NCBI GenBank assembly: GCA_000002445.1
Contig: CM000207.1
Location: 96,001-160,000, forward strand
Direction: 5' to 3'
DNA: 64,000 nt
DNA from: Trypanosoma brucei
Lineage: Eukaryota
Positions 50,339 to 62,831 of this stretch are shown here, piece after piece (positions within the stretch are counted from its first letter, which is position 1; each line of letters opens with the position of its first letter). The position numbers and the translations under genes are program-made. Below the pieces are notes generated by a model, which saw only the letters and a program-made list of their open reading frames with translations, searched no databases and was not told the DNA's origin.

Positions 50339-51892
50339 ATGGAACGCACCATAAGCTGGACTAATCTTTGCCCAGCTTCAGCCACGCTTATACTGTTGCT
50401 TTTGCAACTGTCGGAAGCCGCAACTACAAATGGGAAAACGCCCTGGCTTTCAGTGCGCTCTTCGACCTTTATAATCTAAGGCATGCGACCGCGCCATCTG
50501 CGCGGGCAAGGCAATTTTTTGCAGCGGATGATGTAGTAGAAACGCTTTTTAACCTGAACCTCAAAACGGTGAGGAACACGCTTCAGAGACAAAAGATGAC
50601 GATTTTAAAGGAGTTTCGGATATCTCCGGAAGGAATGTGCAGCTGCAACCATGGGTCAGCAAAGTTAAAGCTATCGATGATCTGGGCAAGTCAGGCACTA
50701 AACCGGGGCCTTATGCACCAGTTCCATCAAACCTGTACAAGCCAATAGCCAATGCTCAAATAAGCTCGATGCACGCTCAAGCGACAAAACTGCAAGAAGA
50801 ATACACCAACGCTCTAAAAGTTATACAGGAAGCGCCAAACACAGCAGCAATACACATAGCCAACTCCATATACGGCCAAGACAAAACAACGTTCGACGCT
50901 TCAGCCTTCACCAACACCAAAAAGCAGATGTGCGGTGACTGAACAAACGGCCACGCAAACCTCTACCGCAACGTAATAAACGACATGCTTTGCCTTTGTA
51001 CAGCGGACAGCAGCGAATCGGATAAAACCTGCGTGGAAAAAAACATAGGCGACGTCGCCAGCGACACAACCGAAGCGGCGACAGCAGCATCAAATCTTGA
51101 AGGAACCTGCACACAAAAAAAGAAACAAAAAAAGAGCTCTAAGAAGCGCTAATCCAGGCCAAGCTGGCGGATTTTTTCAACAACGTAGGCGCCATACCAG
51201 ACAGTCAGACTGACCCATCGGTACGATTCGTACTCGGCGAGGCGCATGGCGGTGGATGCGTAGGCTCAAGCGACACCCAATACGTAAATTACAAAGCTCA
51301 GTTTGCCACCGACGGCCGCGGCATTCCCTATGTAACCGAGATGGAGGCAGCATCTGCAGGCTTAAGGCTGGCCGCCGCATCCTACAGCCTAGCAGTCAGC
51401 ATCGAAGACGAGCTAAAAAGTCTGAAAGAGTAGGCAACCAGCCTACGAAGTGCAGCAGTCATAATCATTGCTCTACCTGATCGGACGGCTGAAGCGGCAC
51501 TCAATATCCCTAAAGAACTAAGTGAAAGTGCAGAAAAGGCTTGTAATAAAATAGATGAAGACAAATGCAACGCCGATAAAAAGTGCAGTTATGAAGCGAA
51601 AATTGATGGGACTAAAAGTGCAAATATATTGCAACAAAATACACAGCAAATGGTGTCCCTGCAACACAACCTCAAACTAAAGGAACACCTACTGTTAACT
51701 GTGCTGCCCACAATGACAGAGCAAACTGTGAAAAGGAAAATTTTGGAAAATCAAGCCCCTTTTGTGGATGGAGAAAGGGCAAAGATGGAGAACCTTATCA
51801 AAATAAAGAAATGTGTTGAAATTGAAGTTTTCTCGTCAATAAAAAAATTGCCTCTGATTGCTGTTGCTTTTATAAGTTTGGAAGCACCTTAG
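50339..51892 (+). pseudogene. VSG: VSG pseudogene (highly fragmented)
   Basis: ATG 50339 MERTISWTNLCPASATLILLLLQLSEAATTNGK. Fragments 50368-50748 and 50637-50942. C-terminal domain ..ELSESAEKACNKIDEDKCNADKKCSYEAKIDGTKS.. and tail ..KKCVEIEVFSSIKKLPLIAVAFISLEAP* end at 51892. Confidence 0.75.
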
Positions 51893-52134
51893 GATTATAA
51901 TGGTTTTATAAAAATTTGCCTAATTTTATGAAACCTTATGAACTTACCGAACTTTAATATATTATAACAAGTGTTGAAAAAATATATAATTTTAGCGGTT
52001 TGAAACTAAAAAAAAGTAAAAATTGGTTTAAAATGAGTGAAACTTACCTATGAGTGTAAAGTAGGAATATAGGGAATGCACACAAATGATATTCTGAAAA
52101 CTTTATAATTTGACTATTTTGTTCATTTTATGAA

Positions 52135-52195
52135 TAACAATAATAATAATAGAAGAGTGTTGTGAGTGTTTATATACAAATATTATAATGAAGGT
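52135..52195 (+). repeat. 70-bp repeat
   Basis: gaataacaataataataatagaagagtgttgtgagtgtttatatacaaatattataatgaagg. Confidence 0.9.
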
Positions 52196-53638
52196 GGTTG
52201 TAAAGAGTAAGTGCAAGGCGAAATAGAAGTACATAAAAATGAGTATAGTGCAATAAGTGACAGTGTGAGTGTAAAAAGAGTGTTATTAATATAAAATGGA
52301 GAAAAGGGGAAGCAAAAACGTGTAGTTTTAAATACAAATATGACAATAGGAATAATTATACACAACACGATTGTAGAAGACAATGAGGGAGAGGAAGAGC
52401 ATGGATTTAATACCAAATGAAGTAGTTATGTTATCCATGTAAGCATGAAAAGAAAAAAGTAAAAGGAGCAAAACATGGATTGGAAAAACGAGATTCACAA
52501 CATGAAAGTACAGAAGAAAATAAGTAGGAAGATTGTGCTCTTCATTTCACCAATAAAAAGATGGACGCTTCCGCGAAAATAATGGTGGCGACTGTGGTTT
52601 TAAATCTAACGCCAGATCCTAACGTTCATCTATAGAGCCTCAGCAGAGGCAGAAACGATGGATTGGATAAGTGTGAGGTAATGGCGAAGTCCTTTTCCAA
52701 TCAGATATAGTAATAAAAGTTAAAATTTGCGGGAAACAATATAATGCTATGTGTAGAAAAGGTTCTATACTAGGGTTACCAATGGATTTCCATGAAGAGA
52801 AAAGAATAAGAAGCCTGCTAAACTGCTTGAAAAAGCGCATCTGTGGACTTTTAGAAGTACTTTGCATAAAGTTAAAAAGTTTTGTGACAACGTGCTGACA
52901 ATTCTATGCAGGTACACGTGTGTAAAAATGACGCCTCCTAAAGATCATACAATTAATGAAAACTTTGTCAATGACACCAACTAAAACTGAATCTTAAAAA
53001 AGTAAAACTTAAAATGCAGCTATTCGTGATCCGCAAATTACTGTGTTTTAAACTGTAGCGCAGTTAACCCACCAGCACCACTAAAAAGAAGTTAACTCAA
53101 CAACGAAAGCTTGGAAAACAAATACTTTATTATGCTTTTTTAACCTAGAGTAGTGCAACGAGTTAACACAAAAATAGATTTCATTACAAGCGATAACTAT
53201 TATATTTTATATTAGGGAATTATTAGTGCTTGGTGAAAGAATGGAAAGTGAAGCAGCGGAAGAAAAGATAGGAATTTTATAGATGCGGGTAAACATGGGT
53301 TTAAATCTGGTACGCAATCATAAATTAGAAGTTAAAGCGTAAAAAAGTAACCCATATACGTGGGTAACCTGTGTATAGCCTGGAGACCCAAAATCGGTAG
53401 GTGCAAGATACTCAGTTTTAGTTGCTGCATACAGTGTCAGGTTTCCAGGCAGATGCTGCTAACAAAGCATGCCATGACCGCATAAGCCGTCTTGTAGCAT
53501 GGAATGACCTGCTAACACCGGCTGACCGACCATGCTACCTAGTCTTAACCAAAACAACAGAGGCTATTCAGTAAGGTGTCTCACTGAAAAGACTGGTTTT
53601 TCTATGCTTAATTGCCGCCTACAACACATAGAAGCAAT

Positions 53639-55250
53639 ATGAACAAGATTTTGCCTACAGTAGGTGAGGCAACGTCGCTTCCACGCCGAATGAAAGTCTT
53701 TTTCGCAATAATAGCAGCAGCAGCGGCACTAAAGGAGGCGGCTGCAAACGACGGCCCAGCGCTAAACATGGAAGAGCTAAATGCGGTCTGCGAGGTTTTC
53801 AATCTTCTCAAAGCTGATACGACCAAACTCCAAAAGCTAACTCTAGACGAAACCGAAATAGTCGTGATAAGAGCACTAAACATATCAGTCTCTGATCCGG
53901 AGTGGAATCAGCAATTTCCAACAGTTTCCGACCGCGGAAAAGACGCCCAACTCAGAGGAAGATCCGTGCAAGAATGACCCGAAAAACAAAAAATGCAGCG
54001 CAGAATGAAAGGCATGGGCAGCCGACAACATCAGAGCAAACACCGATGGAACGATGCCAAAGAACCTACCAATTCCCAAGGCTAAGCTAGCGACACCAGA
54101 AGGCAGGGCGGCAGCAATGCAACTGGCATCCTTAACGGCAGAGGCAGTGGCGACAAAATTGGAATTCGAACGCAGCATCAACGGAGCGCTCACAGATGTG
54201 GCATCAAGAGTCACAGCCTTGCCGACGGAAGCGATATACGGTCAGCAAACAGACGGCAAGGAAGAAAATGTCCAGTGAAAACTAGCAACGGGAAGCCAAA
54301 GACATGACATATGTGCCATGCCGAACGTCGGCGATGCATTGTGCACAAAACTAGCCTGCATCTGCAGCAAGAACAACGAAGGGACAATGACAACCGACGT
54401 ATGCGGCGCGCCAACAACACAAACAGTAACTAAGACATCACCATCGACGTACCAAGCAGCCGCGGCAACTCTATTAAAAGTCTGTCAGAAGGCCGCGGCA
54501 CAGGAACTCACACCGCACAACATACACAGATTACTAGGCAACCTAAAGTCTCTGCTGCGAACCAAAGCCAACGCCGCCAACATGGCGGTCATCCTGGGTA
54601 AGATGGGAACAACATACCAATGTGGGAACACGGCGGGCACGGCATGTGCTGACTTTACAAAAGCAGTCATAACAAAAGAAGCTAACACACCTCAGGAAAT
54701 CAAATTGGAAACGAACCTGAAAAATGCAGCTAATGCTTTAGCGCTAGCAGCAAACGCACAGGCGGCCCAAAGCGAAGCAAAGCGACGATTAATCAGTTTC
54801 AAACGAAAGGCGAAGCATCTCTTTGAACACCTGGCTACAAAAAAATGACAGCCGCACCTCAAATCACAGCCAAACAGCTCAATAGCGAAGAAAAAACAGC
54901 CAACTGCGAAGCAATAATGAAAGCAGCCAAAATGCCAATGGAAAGGCAAAAATAATGAGGATGGCACCCACTTCAAACTGAACGAAACACACGTAGTAAA
55001 ACAAACGACCCAAACAGGAACAGGAGATGGAGCTGCAGGAGCAGCATCTAAAACTGGGTGTGCAAGGCACGGAACTGATAAGGCTGCTTGTGAAAATGAC
55101 AAAACAGGGGACAAACAAAATTGTGCATGGAGGAAGGGTAAAGATAATGAACCTGATCTAGAAAAAGAAATGTGCCGAAATGGAAGTTTTCTCCTCAATA
55201 AGAAATTGGCTATGATGTCTGGTACTTTTATGAGATTGGGAGCATTTTAT
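53639..55250 (+). pseudogene. VSG: VSG pseudogene (frameshifts; stop after GPI tail mutated)
   Basis: ATG 53639 MNKILPTVGEATSLPRRMKVFFAIIAAAAALKEAAANDGPALNMEELNAVCEVFNLL. ORFs 54054-54278 and 54318-54848. C-terminal domain ..TGTGDGAGAASKTGCARHGTDKAACENDKTGDKQNCAW..EMCRNGSFLLNKKLAMMSGTFMRLGAF then tat instead of tag. 16-mer tgatatattttaacac at 55331-55346. Confidence 0.8.
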
Positions 55251-55514
55251 TATTTTAACAAATTTGTTGAATTTTATGAAATATGTTATTTTGAGAGAAT
55301 TTACTGAAATTTATGAAATTTACTAAAACTTGATATATTTTAACACTTTTGTCAAATATGTGAAAATTTTAAGAATTTGAAAATGCCAAAAATATGAAAT
55401 ATTGGTATTACATGTACGATAGTGACCTACAGGCAAAAACATTCTTTTAAGAAGATATTAAAAGTGATTACTATTTTCATTTTGTTCAAATTTTTAATTT
55501 TATGAATATTAGTT

Positions 55515-55600
55515 GTGGTTATAATAGTAGTGAAAATAATAATGATAATAGTGATATGAGTGTGTTATGAGAGTGCACATACTAATATTATAATAGGAAT
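55515..55600 (+). repeat. 70-bp repeat (last in the array)
   Basis: ggttataatagtagtgaaaataataatgataatagtgatatgagtgtgttatgagagtgcacatactaatattataatagg. Confidence 0.85.
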
Positions 55601-56339
55601 GTTTCAATAGACTAAATTTGCAAGATAGAATAAAAGACATTAAAACAATGGAAAGGATGAAATAAGAGTGATTAAGAGAGTAGGATATTGAAAGTGGGAG
55701 AGCATGAGAAATATTATTAATAGTAACACAGAAAGACATAAAGAGGAAGAAAGAGGGGGACGGAATATGCGCAGTCTCAAACAAAAAAGATGATAATGGT
55801 CGTCACTACACACAATGAAATGAGAGAGGAACAGATTATAGAATGATGGCAAATTGGTGGCACTACATCATCAGAAGAAGAAGCGATAATAGGTCAACAA
55901 TAAGAAGAAAAATATGTAAAAAAATGACTGAATAGGCGACAGTGCAGAGCATATGTAAATAGAGCATCAGGAGAAGATTGTGCTCCACATTTCAATCAAA
56001 AATAGATAGATGCGACTGTGAAGATGAAAGTGACTGTGATTTTAAATCTGATGGCGGATCCTGATGCGTCGCTGTGAAGTGGAAGAGAAAGCGGGAAGGA
56101 ATTGGTAAGTGTGAAGTATTTTCAAAGTCTTCTCATCAGATAGAGAAACAATAGCTGACATTTGTGAGCTACAATAAAATATAATTAGACGAAGTATTTT
56201 TAAAAAGTCATTGCCAATGGATCACTATGAACAAAAAATAAAAGTAATAACGCTGAAACTACTTGAAATAGCGCATATTTGGACCGTTAGGGGAACTTTA
56301 TATGATATGGAAGATTTTGTAATGATACGCTAGCGATTC

Positions 56340-59300
56340 CATATCGGCATATAGATAAGCCGACGCGATTCGAGGACATAATGATCCACATAAGGGTGAA
56401 GGCTGATGAAGCTTAACTGGGGCACATGAAGCATGGAGAAAAGAAATTCAGCATGCAGCTCAAAAAAAAAAATTAAATTCATGAGCGCAAGGGGAGCACC
56501 CACGCACATGATTTGAAACCCAAGAAGAAGGCGAATAGTTATTTCCAAAAGCAGCTCCTTTACTTTGCTATTTCAAAGACGGATACTAGAGATGAGACTG
56601 TGGAAAATAGAACAGATTAAAAACAAGAAAAATTAAATGTTTTATTTATATAGAGAAAGGTTTTCAATGTATCATAGAAATATGGGAATAACCCGATGTG
56701 GGGATATATAAAAGATTTTATAGTTGACCGACCGGATCCGTCAGGATGTCTTAGACGGATATGACTTACAAGGCAGAAGCGAAGAAAGAACAACAGCGAC
56801 GCCAGTTACCGCCTGATCGCAGCAATCTAATACGCTGGACGGTGGAACCATATCTCAAGAAAAAGTGGCCGATAACACCTGACTTCCGGCAGAAAGTCGC
56901 AACAGAAGCTACTCCAGTCTGTTGGTGAGGCAGCAACTAAAACACTGACGCGATCCATGCAAAGAACTTTTTTAAAGAACCGGTTTTACTGCAAGGAAGA
57001 AAGTAGCTTCGAAGTACCTCACCACAGTAGAAAATAACTAACCTCATCACTTCACGACCGTCTCTGGCGTTATGCAAATAATAATAGGAAATTCGCTGCG
57101 ATATGTGGCAGTGACAATAATTGCATCATTAGCTGTCGAGAGAAGTGCCTTAACAGCAAAGATCTTTCAAACGCAGGGCCTTCTAACAAACATTAAAGAC
57201 GCCGTCCGTACTGGAATATCACCAGGCATACGATGCTCGCCTTCAAGCCAACTTTTTCTCTCTTCGTGAGGAATTACTGATCCGCGGCTTACGATACCTG
57301 CTTACTTGCGAAACGTTGGGTGAGGAGTGCAAGGGATGTGCAAACATTGTATGTCACCCACCGCATTCCCCCCGTCAAATATATCGCACAATCATGCAGA
57401 AGCTCTTCGCTGTCGAAGTAGAAAGACAAAGAGAACCGCTACCACCAGTCACCCTAACTTTCTCCCCCAGTTTTTTGTTCCATACAACACTATCATCGGA
57501 CGTGCATGCCGATTCCTAGGACAGTGTTCAGCTTGAATTATGTAAGAAATTGATTGTAAGGCACTACCGTGCAAAGGGAGCCCAACTAAATTCCATGCCG
57601 CATTTTGAAGTATGAGCAGACGGATCTGTTTCCTTAGGAATAAAATCAGGGGCTGCCTCAACGACATATGGCAATGACAATCCCATCTCGACGGTTCACT
57701 GTGGAGCCGGAACAATAGCGTGTAGCTACCGACCTGAGTGCATAGTAATGTTCGAGGTTTTGCATAAAATGATAAGCATATTACAACCGAAGGGAGCTCA
57801 CCCGTGTAAAATGTCTCTTTCTACTGACCGGCGGTCGCTGTTCAAGGCACTACGAATGTGAGAAACAGCGGTAAAGGTAGGAATTTTGCGGGAGACTTGG
57901 ATAGTACTCTTGAGTATCGGATATCATAGCACCAGCATCTGCCTTCAGCTTATTTTTGGACATTGTGGTGTAGAAAAGAATGAATTGACGGACACAAAAG
58001 CGAGGGCACATGCAAACGTTCCTCAACAAGACGTCGGGTGGATACCCGACATCACTGCCTTGGAAAAGTGACACCTCAGGGTGAGCAGAGAGAAACTGAA
58101 GACACACAGGTTGGAAATGACCGGTGAATGGCAACCAACTAAAGAAGATTTGCCACTAAACCGATAGAGCAGGTGAAGTCACCAATTCCGCATTGGGACA
58201 TCGAACACATATGGATGGTTGCTGCAGGGGATAGACAAAACAGTTCCTAACAAGTGCAGATGGTGTGAAACCCATCCCTGCGGACAATACGGGAAAATGA
58301 ATTACGATAGAGCTCACATAGTGTTTCATACGAACCGAATGCACGGTGTACCCTACCATGAGGCATTGCGCCGGTTAAAACATGCTGCAGAACTTGGGGT
58401 GTTGCCTGAAATTTCACCCTATAACCCCTGCCCCCTCCACCGAAGTCGTATGCGCTCATTGTAACAAATCCTATGGAAACAAAGGAGGGCTCACATGGCA
58501 CAAAACTCGATGCCTTCACGGCAAAACGAGAAAGTTAGACGATGAAATGTCGGAGAAGCGGAAAGAAGATGAAAATATCAAACAGCACAAATGGGTTTGC
58601 GCAGAACGTGGCTTTTTCAATCCAAGAGTGCAGGTGTACTAACATTGCGCAGGCCACAGAAACACTACATGACCAACGACAGTCCCTTTCCACCCCACAC
58701 TGGCGGAACCATAATCCACACTGAATATGATAAAAAAACACACTCCAGTGAGGAATCTGTGGGTTCAAATTGATTTAGCAGAGAGGCCCGACAATACGTC
58801 ATGGAATAAAGAGCAGAGGTCAGCTTTAGCACATCATTCCAGTGGTGGAGAAACGGATAGGCAACCAAAGTGAAAACCGACCGCATCAACCCAACACCAA
58901 TGAACAAAGTGATAACACCACTAGTTCAGCCTCTGGAGAAAATGAAGCGATATATGGACCTCGCAGCTATATATTTCACACGTAAAATGGACTAGTGATA
59001 AGTCACGGGATGAAATACTGCGAAGTACAACCGCAAACGGGGTCGCGAGGAATAAAGAGGCAACGGGAACTCGAAGAGAATGCAAGTATTCCAACGAAGG
59101 GCTCCCGAGCGACGGAAACGAGAGGGCATCCAGTGAACGACCCAGTAGGCACATCTGAGCCGCTACAATGCACGCAATGTGGCTTTGTATCACAATCAAA
59201 AGGGGGAACAACACCAAGCACCAAGATTCAGCACCGCAGAGGCCATCCCCTGGATAGTAACACTGGTACAAAACGGAGCCGTTCCATCACAGAACAAGAG

Positions 59301-59891
59301 GTATCCCTCATTTGGAAAACGGTAACTATAGGTGTAAATGACACCTGTTGCACGCAATGCCGTCATACGCATGTATCAAAAGACAACCTGATGGAGCACT
59401 TCGGTGGAATGCATAGACAGCATCCCTTCTCCGTAGCAAAAGAATCTCCACCACCGCTCCGGAGCTTCAACGTCAGAGGGTTTCATCTACACTTCACGTT
59501 CGTAAACCGAAATCAGACGTCCCACTCAACATCAAGTTCATCTATACATCGCCATCAAAAACATGAAATCTGCGTTGAAAGGAAACATACACACTTCAAC
59601 TAATGCGAAGGGAATCCCACCCACATACTCGTGCGCTCAAGCCTAAAGTGCTCCGCAGTTACTTCGGGCTTGAGGGCGAAATATGCAGAAGATAGTGTTC
59701 ACCAAGGACCTTGCACAATTCCTCCTAGAAATTGAGAAACCCCTCATTCTCTTCCAGCCTGTACTTTCTTCATTCGAGAGGAACACCCCTATAAAGGAGA
59801 ATAGACTACACAAAAAGCTGCCCACTCCTCTGAATGAAAATTGTAAACTCCACTATGCTCTTCTACGTTTGGCTCAAAAAAAAAAAAAGAA
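56340..59891 (+). mobile_element. Degenerate, 5'-truncated ingi/DIRE-type non-LTR retrotransposon remnant. The 5' boundary is uncertain; the 3' end is a poly(A) tract.
   Basis: RNase H-like motif ..IFGHCGVEKNELTD.KARAHAN (57886-58071). C2H2 zinc-finger-like CAHCNKSYGNKGGLTWHKTRC (58382-58642), LQCTQCGFVSQSKGGTTPSTKIQHRRGHP and CTQCRHTHVSKDNLMEHFGGMHRQHP (58995-59603). A15 tract at 59877-59891. All ORFs are interrupted. No RT YxDD motif was found. Confidence 0.55.
59877..59891 (+). repeat. Poly(A) tail of the retroelement
   Basis: ctcaaaaaaaaaaaaaagaagagg. Confidence 0.7.
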
Positions 59892-61847
59892 GAGGCAGAA
59901 GCCTTTCACTCTCAAGTAAACTGTTTTCGCCATTACGGAAGACCGAGGACTAAAAGCTGAACGTTTGCAACTGGTCACGCATAACTAGTTCGGACATAAC
60001 ATAAAATAGTCCCTCTGGAAGCAAATATGGTGCGCTCTGACCTAGATGGCGATTCGTTGAGAGCACGTCCCGTACAGAGCACGATCTACAAAAAGAAAGG
60101 ATTACTTTTCCCCGAATGAAGTATATAAACACTAGTGGGGAACAATTATCCTTTTTATATTGCCTTGGAATCGGGAGTGTACAGCTCATTTGGGAGGGTA
60201 GGTTTCCAAAATCAGCTTTTTGCAGGGACCCGCTTGCTGCCAACAGCCTTCTGTTAAAAAATACTAATTTTTTTTTCTATAGGTGGAACGAGGTTGGTAT
60301 TACCGTGGAACTGAGAATAGATCAACGTAATGGAAATTACGCCCCGTTCATTATAATTTTGCAGTCTTCTTTAACTACCCTTTTAAAGGATCCGATTTTT
60401 TAGCACTATGAAGTATACTTAAAGCGATTTTACTGCATCCATGCACTGAAATGGTTCTACAACTAGGGCACATGGAAACGGCAATGCGCCATTCCGAGGA
60501 TTTTTTTATGGCGAACTTCATGCGGTAGCTATTAAAGCGGTGAGTGAAACAAAAAGAGTCGCTACTCACAGCAAGATTAAAATTTTGTAAAGGACGGGTA
60601 ATACTGCCATCCTACCAAGAAAACATTTGAAGGGAGTTGTTGAAAGCTTTGCTGGTGTGGCTGATTGAGGGAAAAGACCGATCCATAATGCTGTAACCCG
60701 CTGATACGGCGCCATGGTAAATACAACATTTGTTTCACTCCTGTAAATGAGAGGTTAAGCAGAAATGATAATTTTCGAGGGATCTACCACAGTGCCACAC
60801 AACTTGTTCCAAAAGACCACTTTGATTGCCAACACAACCGCTAAGATGTCCTTAAATGCAGCAACCTGAAACGCGTTTCTACGAATGTGTGGGTGACGCC
60901 CCGCACTTCCCCAATGTATCTAACTGCGTCGCGTCGCACACAATCTAGTGGAGAATGTCACACTAGTTTCCACTGCTTCCCCGTTATTCCAGCATTTGTC
61001 ACCGTTCCCACATATACTTCGCAGTTCACCTCTGAGGTGTTGTTCCACGATAGAGGTTAAAATAATTAAAAACCTTTCAACGAAAGCTAACAGTAAGAGA
61101 CAAACGCGCATTATGCATATGCACGTGCGTGCACATACTTCCATCTTTACTCTAAAATACCTCCACTTCATGAAAGAGAGAACGGACATTTCTCCCCTAA
61201 AGAGGATATTGCTTCACTCAACGCACTAGGCGTTACATCTCGGGTTATGATCCCCTCGTTCAGAAGGCACTCCAAGCTTTCTTCACACACTACACCCACT
61301 TTTCTCTACCCTTCGGTAAAGCCACTTTACTAACGCACCGTTTTCACCGTATTTTGACAATGTCACTGAAAGGCTGCGGTTTTGCAATAAGTGTCTCCTT
61401 AAAACTCCAAGAACGAACGCCTAAAATGTGAACAAAGGTGTTAACCGTATGTCTGCCGCCTTCGTCATTGCAGGGTCCCACAGGCGAATCACATCTACGC
61501 CATAACCTCAGAAGAAATATCGAGACGCAGCAACTGAGAAGCCACTATCCCCGCAAATACTTCACTTTCATACCCTGCAGATTCATAAAGCTCCTACAAC
61601 TACAAACTGAAAAGCTCTGAAATAAGCAACCGGAAAGAACTTTGCTTAGCACACGCAAACTGTACATACAAGCATTTGAAACATAATAACATTGCCACTG
61701 TCTAATGACTAGTTTTTTTTTTTCACGGAAACACAACATGTCAATACAAAAAGAAAATCATTAAGCACATGAGCGCGTGCGAACTCGCACAAAAGCATGT
61801 ATGCTAAAACATCGGTGAAAAGGAGGAAATGTATATGAACGTATTTG

Positions 61848-62831
61848 TCAGATGGAAGAATTAGCGGTGGTAACATTACCAGCAACATCAATGTCGAACA
61901 GCAGCGACGTGAAGTTGTTATGCACCTTGTTAAATTGGGAGTGAAGAGAGGTGATATTTGACACCATTCCAAGAAGCATGGAAGGTGGCTGTCCGGCAGC
62001 AAAAGGTGTGATGAGGGGGCCAAATATTTCTTGCACCTTGACTTTAAGTTGAAAAGAAGCTCCACGATCTCGAACTTCTTTCCATTCCAATGCATCATTT
62101 GAGTTCTTAACTGCACCACTCCTATACAAATTATCCCTTGGAAGGTTGAAGCACTCCCTTACAGAACCATTCTGTACTGTTACTGCAAGACAACCGTCCT
62201 TATACGTTTTGAGAGTGCTCTCGTTTACAGTTTTTGCCAGAGGGCATGTTTGGTCAGCACACGGTGTTAACAACCCCTTAACCCTTTGAAAGGTTCGTTC
62301 TTCACATTTAGCAGTGCCTCCTGCTTCTACAGCCTTAACATCATCCCAAGCTGTCCGTGTTATCTCAGCAATAGATGCATAGTATTTATTTGCTGTTGTG
62401 AGAGCATCAGGTAAATATTTCCTCACTGCCCTCACACTCTCATTAACTTCAGAAAATAATCCACCTACTTTCGCTACAAGGTCTCCCATTTCATTTCCAT
62501 AAGATATAAGCTTTTCCATTTTCTTACGTTGGTCTCCCATTGCACTACTTACAACACTCAAATATTTTGTGCTTTCACCTGTTTTACCTTCCATGTCATC
62601 CAGTATACGAGATGCATTTGCGTATACTTCCTCATTCACAAGCATTTTCCTCTCGCCATCAGTGTATAATTTATTCAACGCATTCGAGAGACAACGAAGA
62701 TAACATAAAGTCTCTTTCAAATTCTTTTTGTAATAATCGTCGACCAGCGTGCATGGACCCTCTTCCTCTGCACCACCAATGCAAATTACAAAAAGTGAGA
62801 AAGCTAGGCATCGCTCAACAATAACCTTCAT
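61848..62831 (-). CDS. Secreted, N-glycosylated protein with cysteines and unknown family (327 aa from Met 62831). It has a signal peptide and long predicted helical N-terminal region but no TM or GPI signal. It may be VSG-fold or ESAG-like, or a truncated gene.
   Basis: Minus-strand ORF 61848-62930. Internal ATG at 62831 verified (cat at 62829-62831) giving MKVIVERCLAFSLFVICIGGAEEEGPC... 8 Cys. Sequons NAS, NES x2, NGS, NIT, NFT, NVT, NSS. Ends ..DIDVAGNVTTANSSI* with no hydrophobic tail. Confidence 0.5.
   Translation of the reverse strand: MKVIVERCLAFSLFVICIGGAEEEGPCTLVDDYYKKNLKETLCYLRCLSNALNKLYTDGERKMLVNEEVYANASRILDDMEGKTGESTKYLSVVSSAMGDQRKKMEKLISYGNEMGDLVAKVGGLFSEVNESVRAVRKYLPDALTTANKYYASIAEITRTAWDDVKAVEAGGTAKCEERTFQRVKGLLTPCADQTCPLAKTVNESTLKTYKDGCLAVTVQNGSVRECFNLPRDNLYRSGAVKNSNDALEWKEVRDRGASFQLKVKVQEIFGPLITPFAAGQPPSMLLGMVSNITSLHSQFNKVHNNFTSLLFDIDVAGNVTTANSSI

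Noticed and set aside
1..56000. Regularly spaced short repeats that could superficially suggest a CRISPR-like array or a prokaryotic defence island
   Set aside because: The repeats are the trypanosome 70-bp VSG recombination repeats. They are spaced 3-5 kb apart and flank eukaryotic surface-antigen genes. The sequence has no prokaryotic gene architecture, RBS signals or cas-like ORFs.
56700..57880. A reverse transcriptase domain in the retroelement remnant
   Set aside because: I could not find a YxDD/FxDD RT motif in any frame by eye. Only the RNase H-like and zinc-finger parts are supported, so RT is not claimed.
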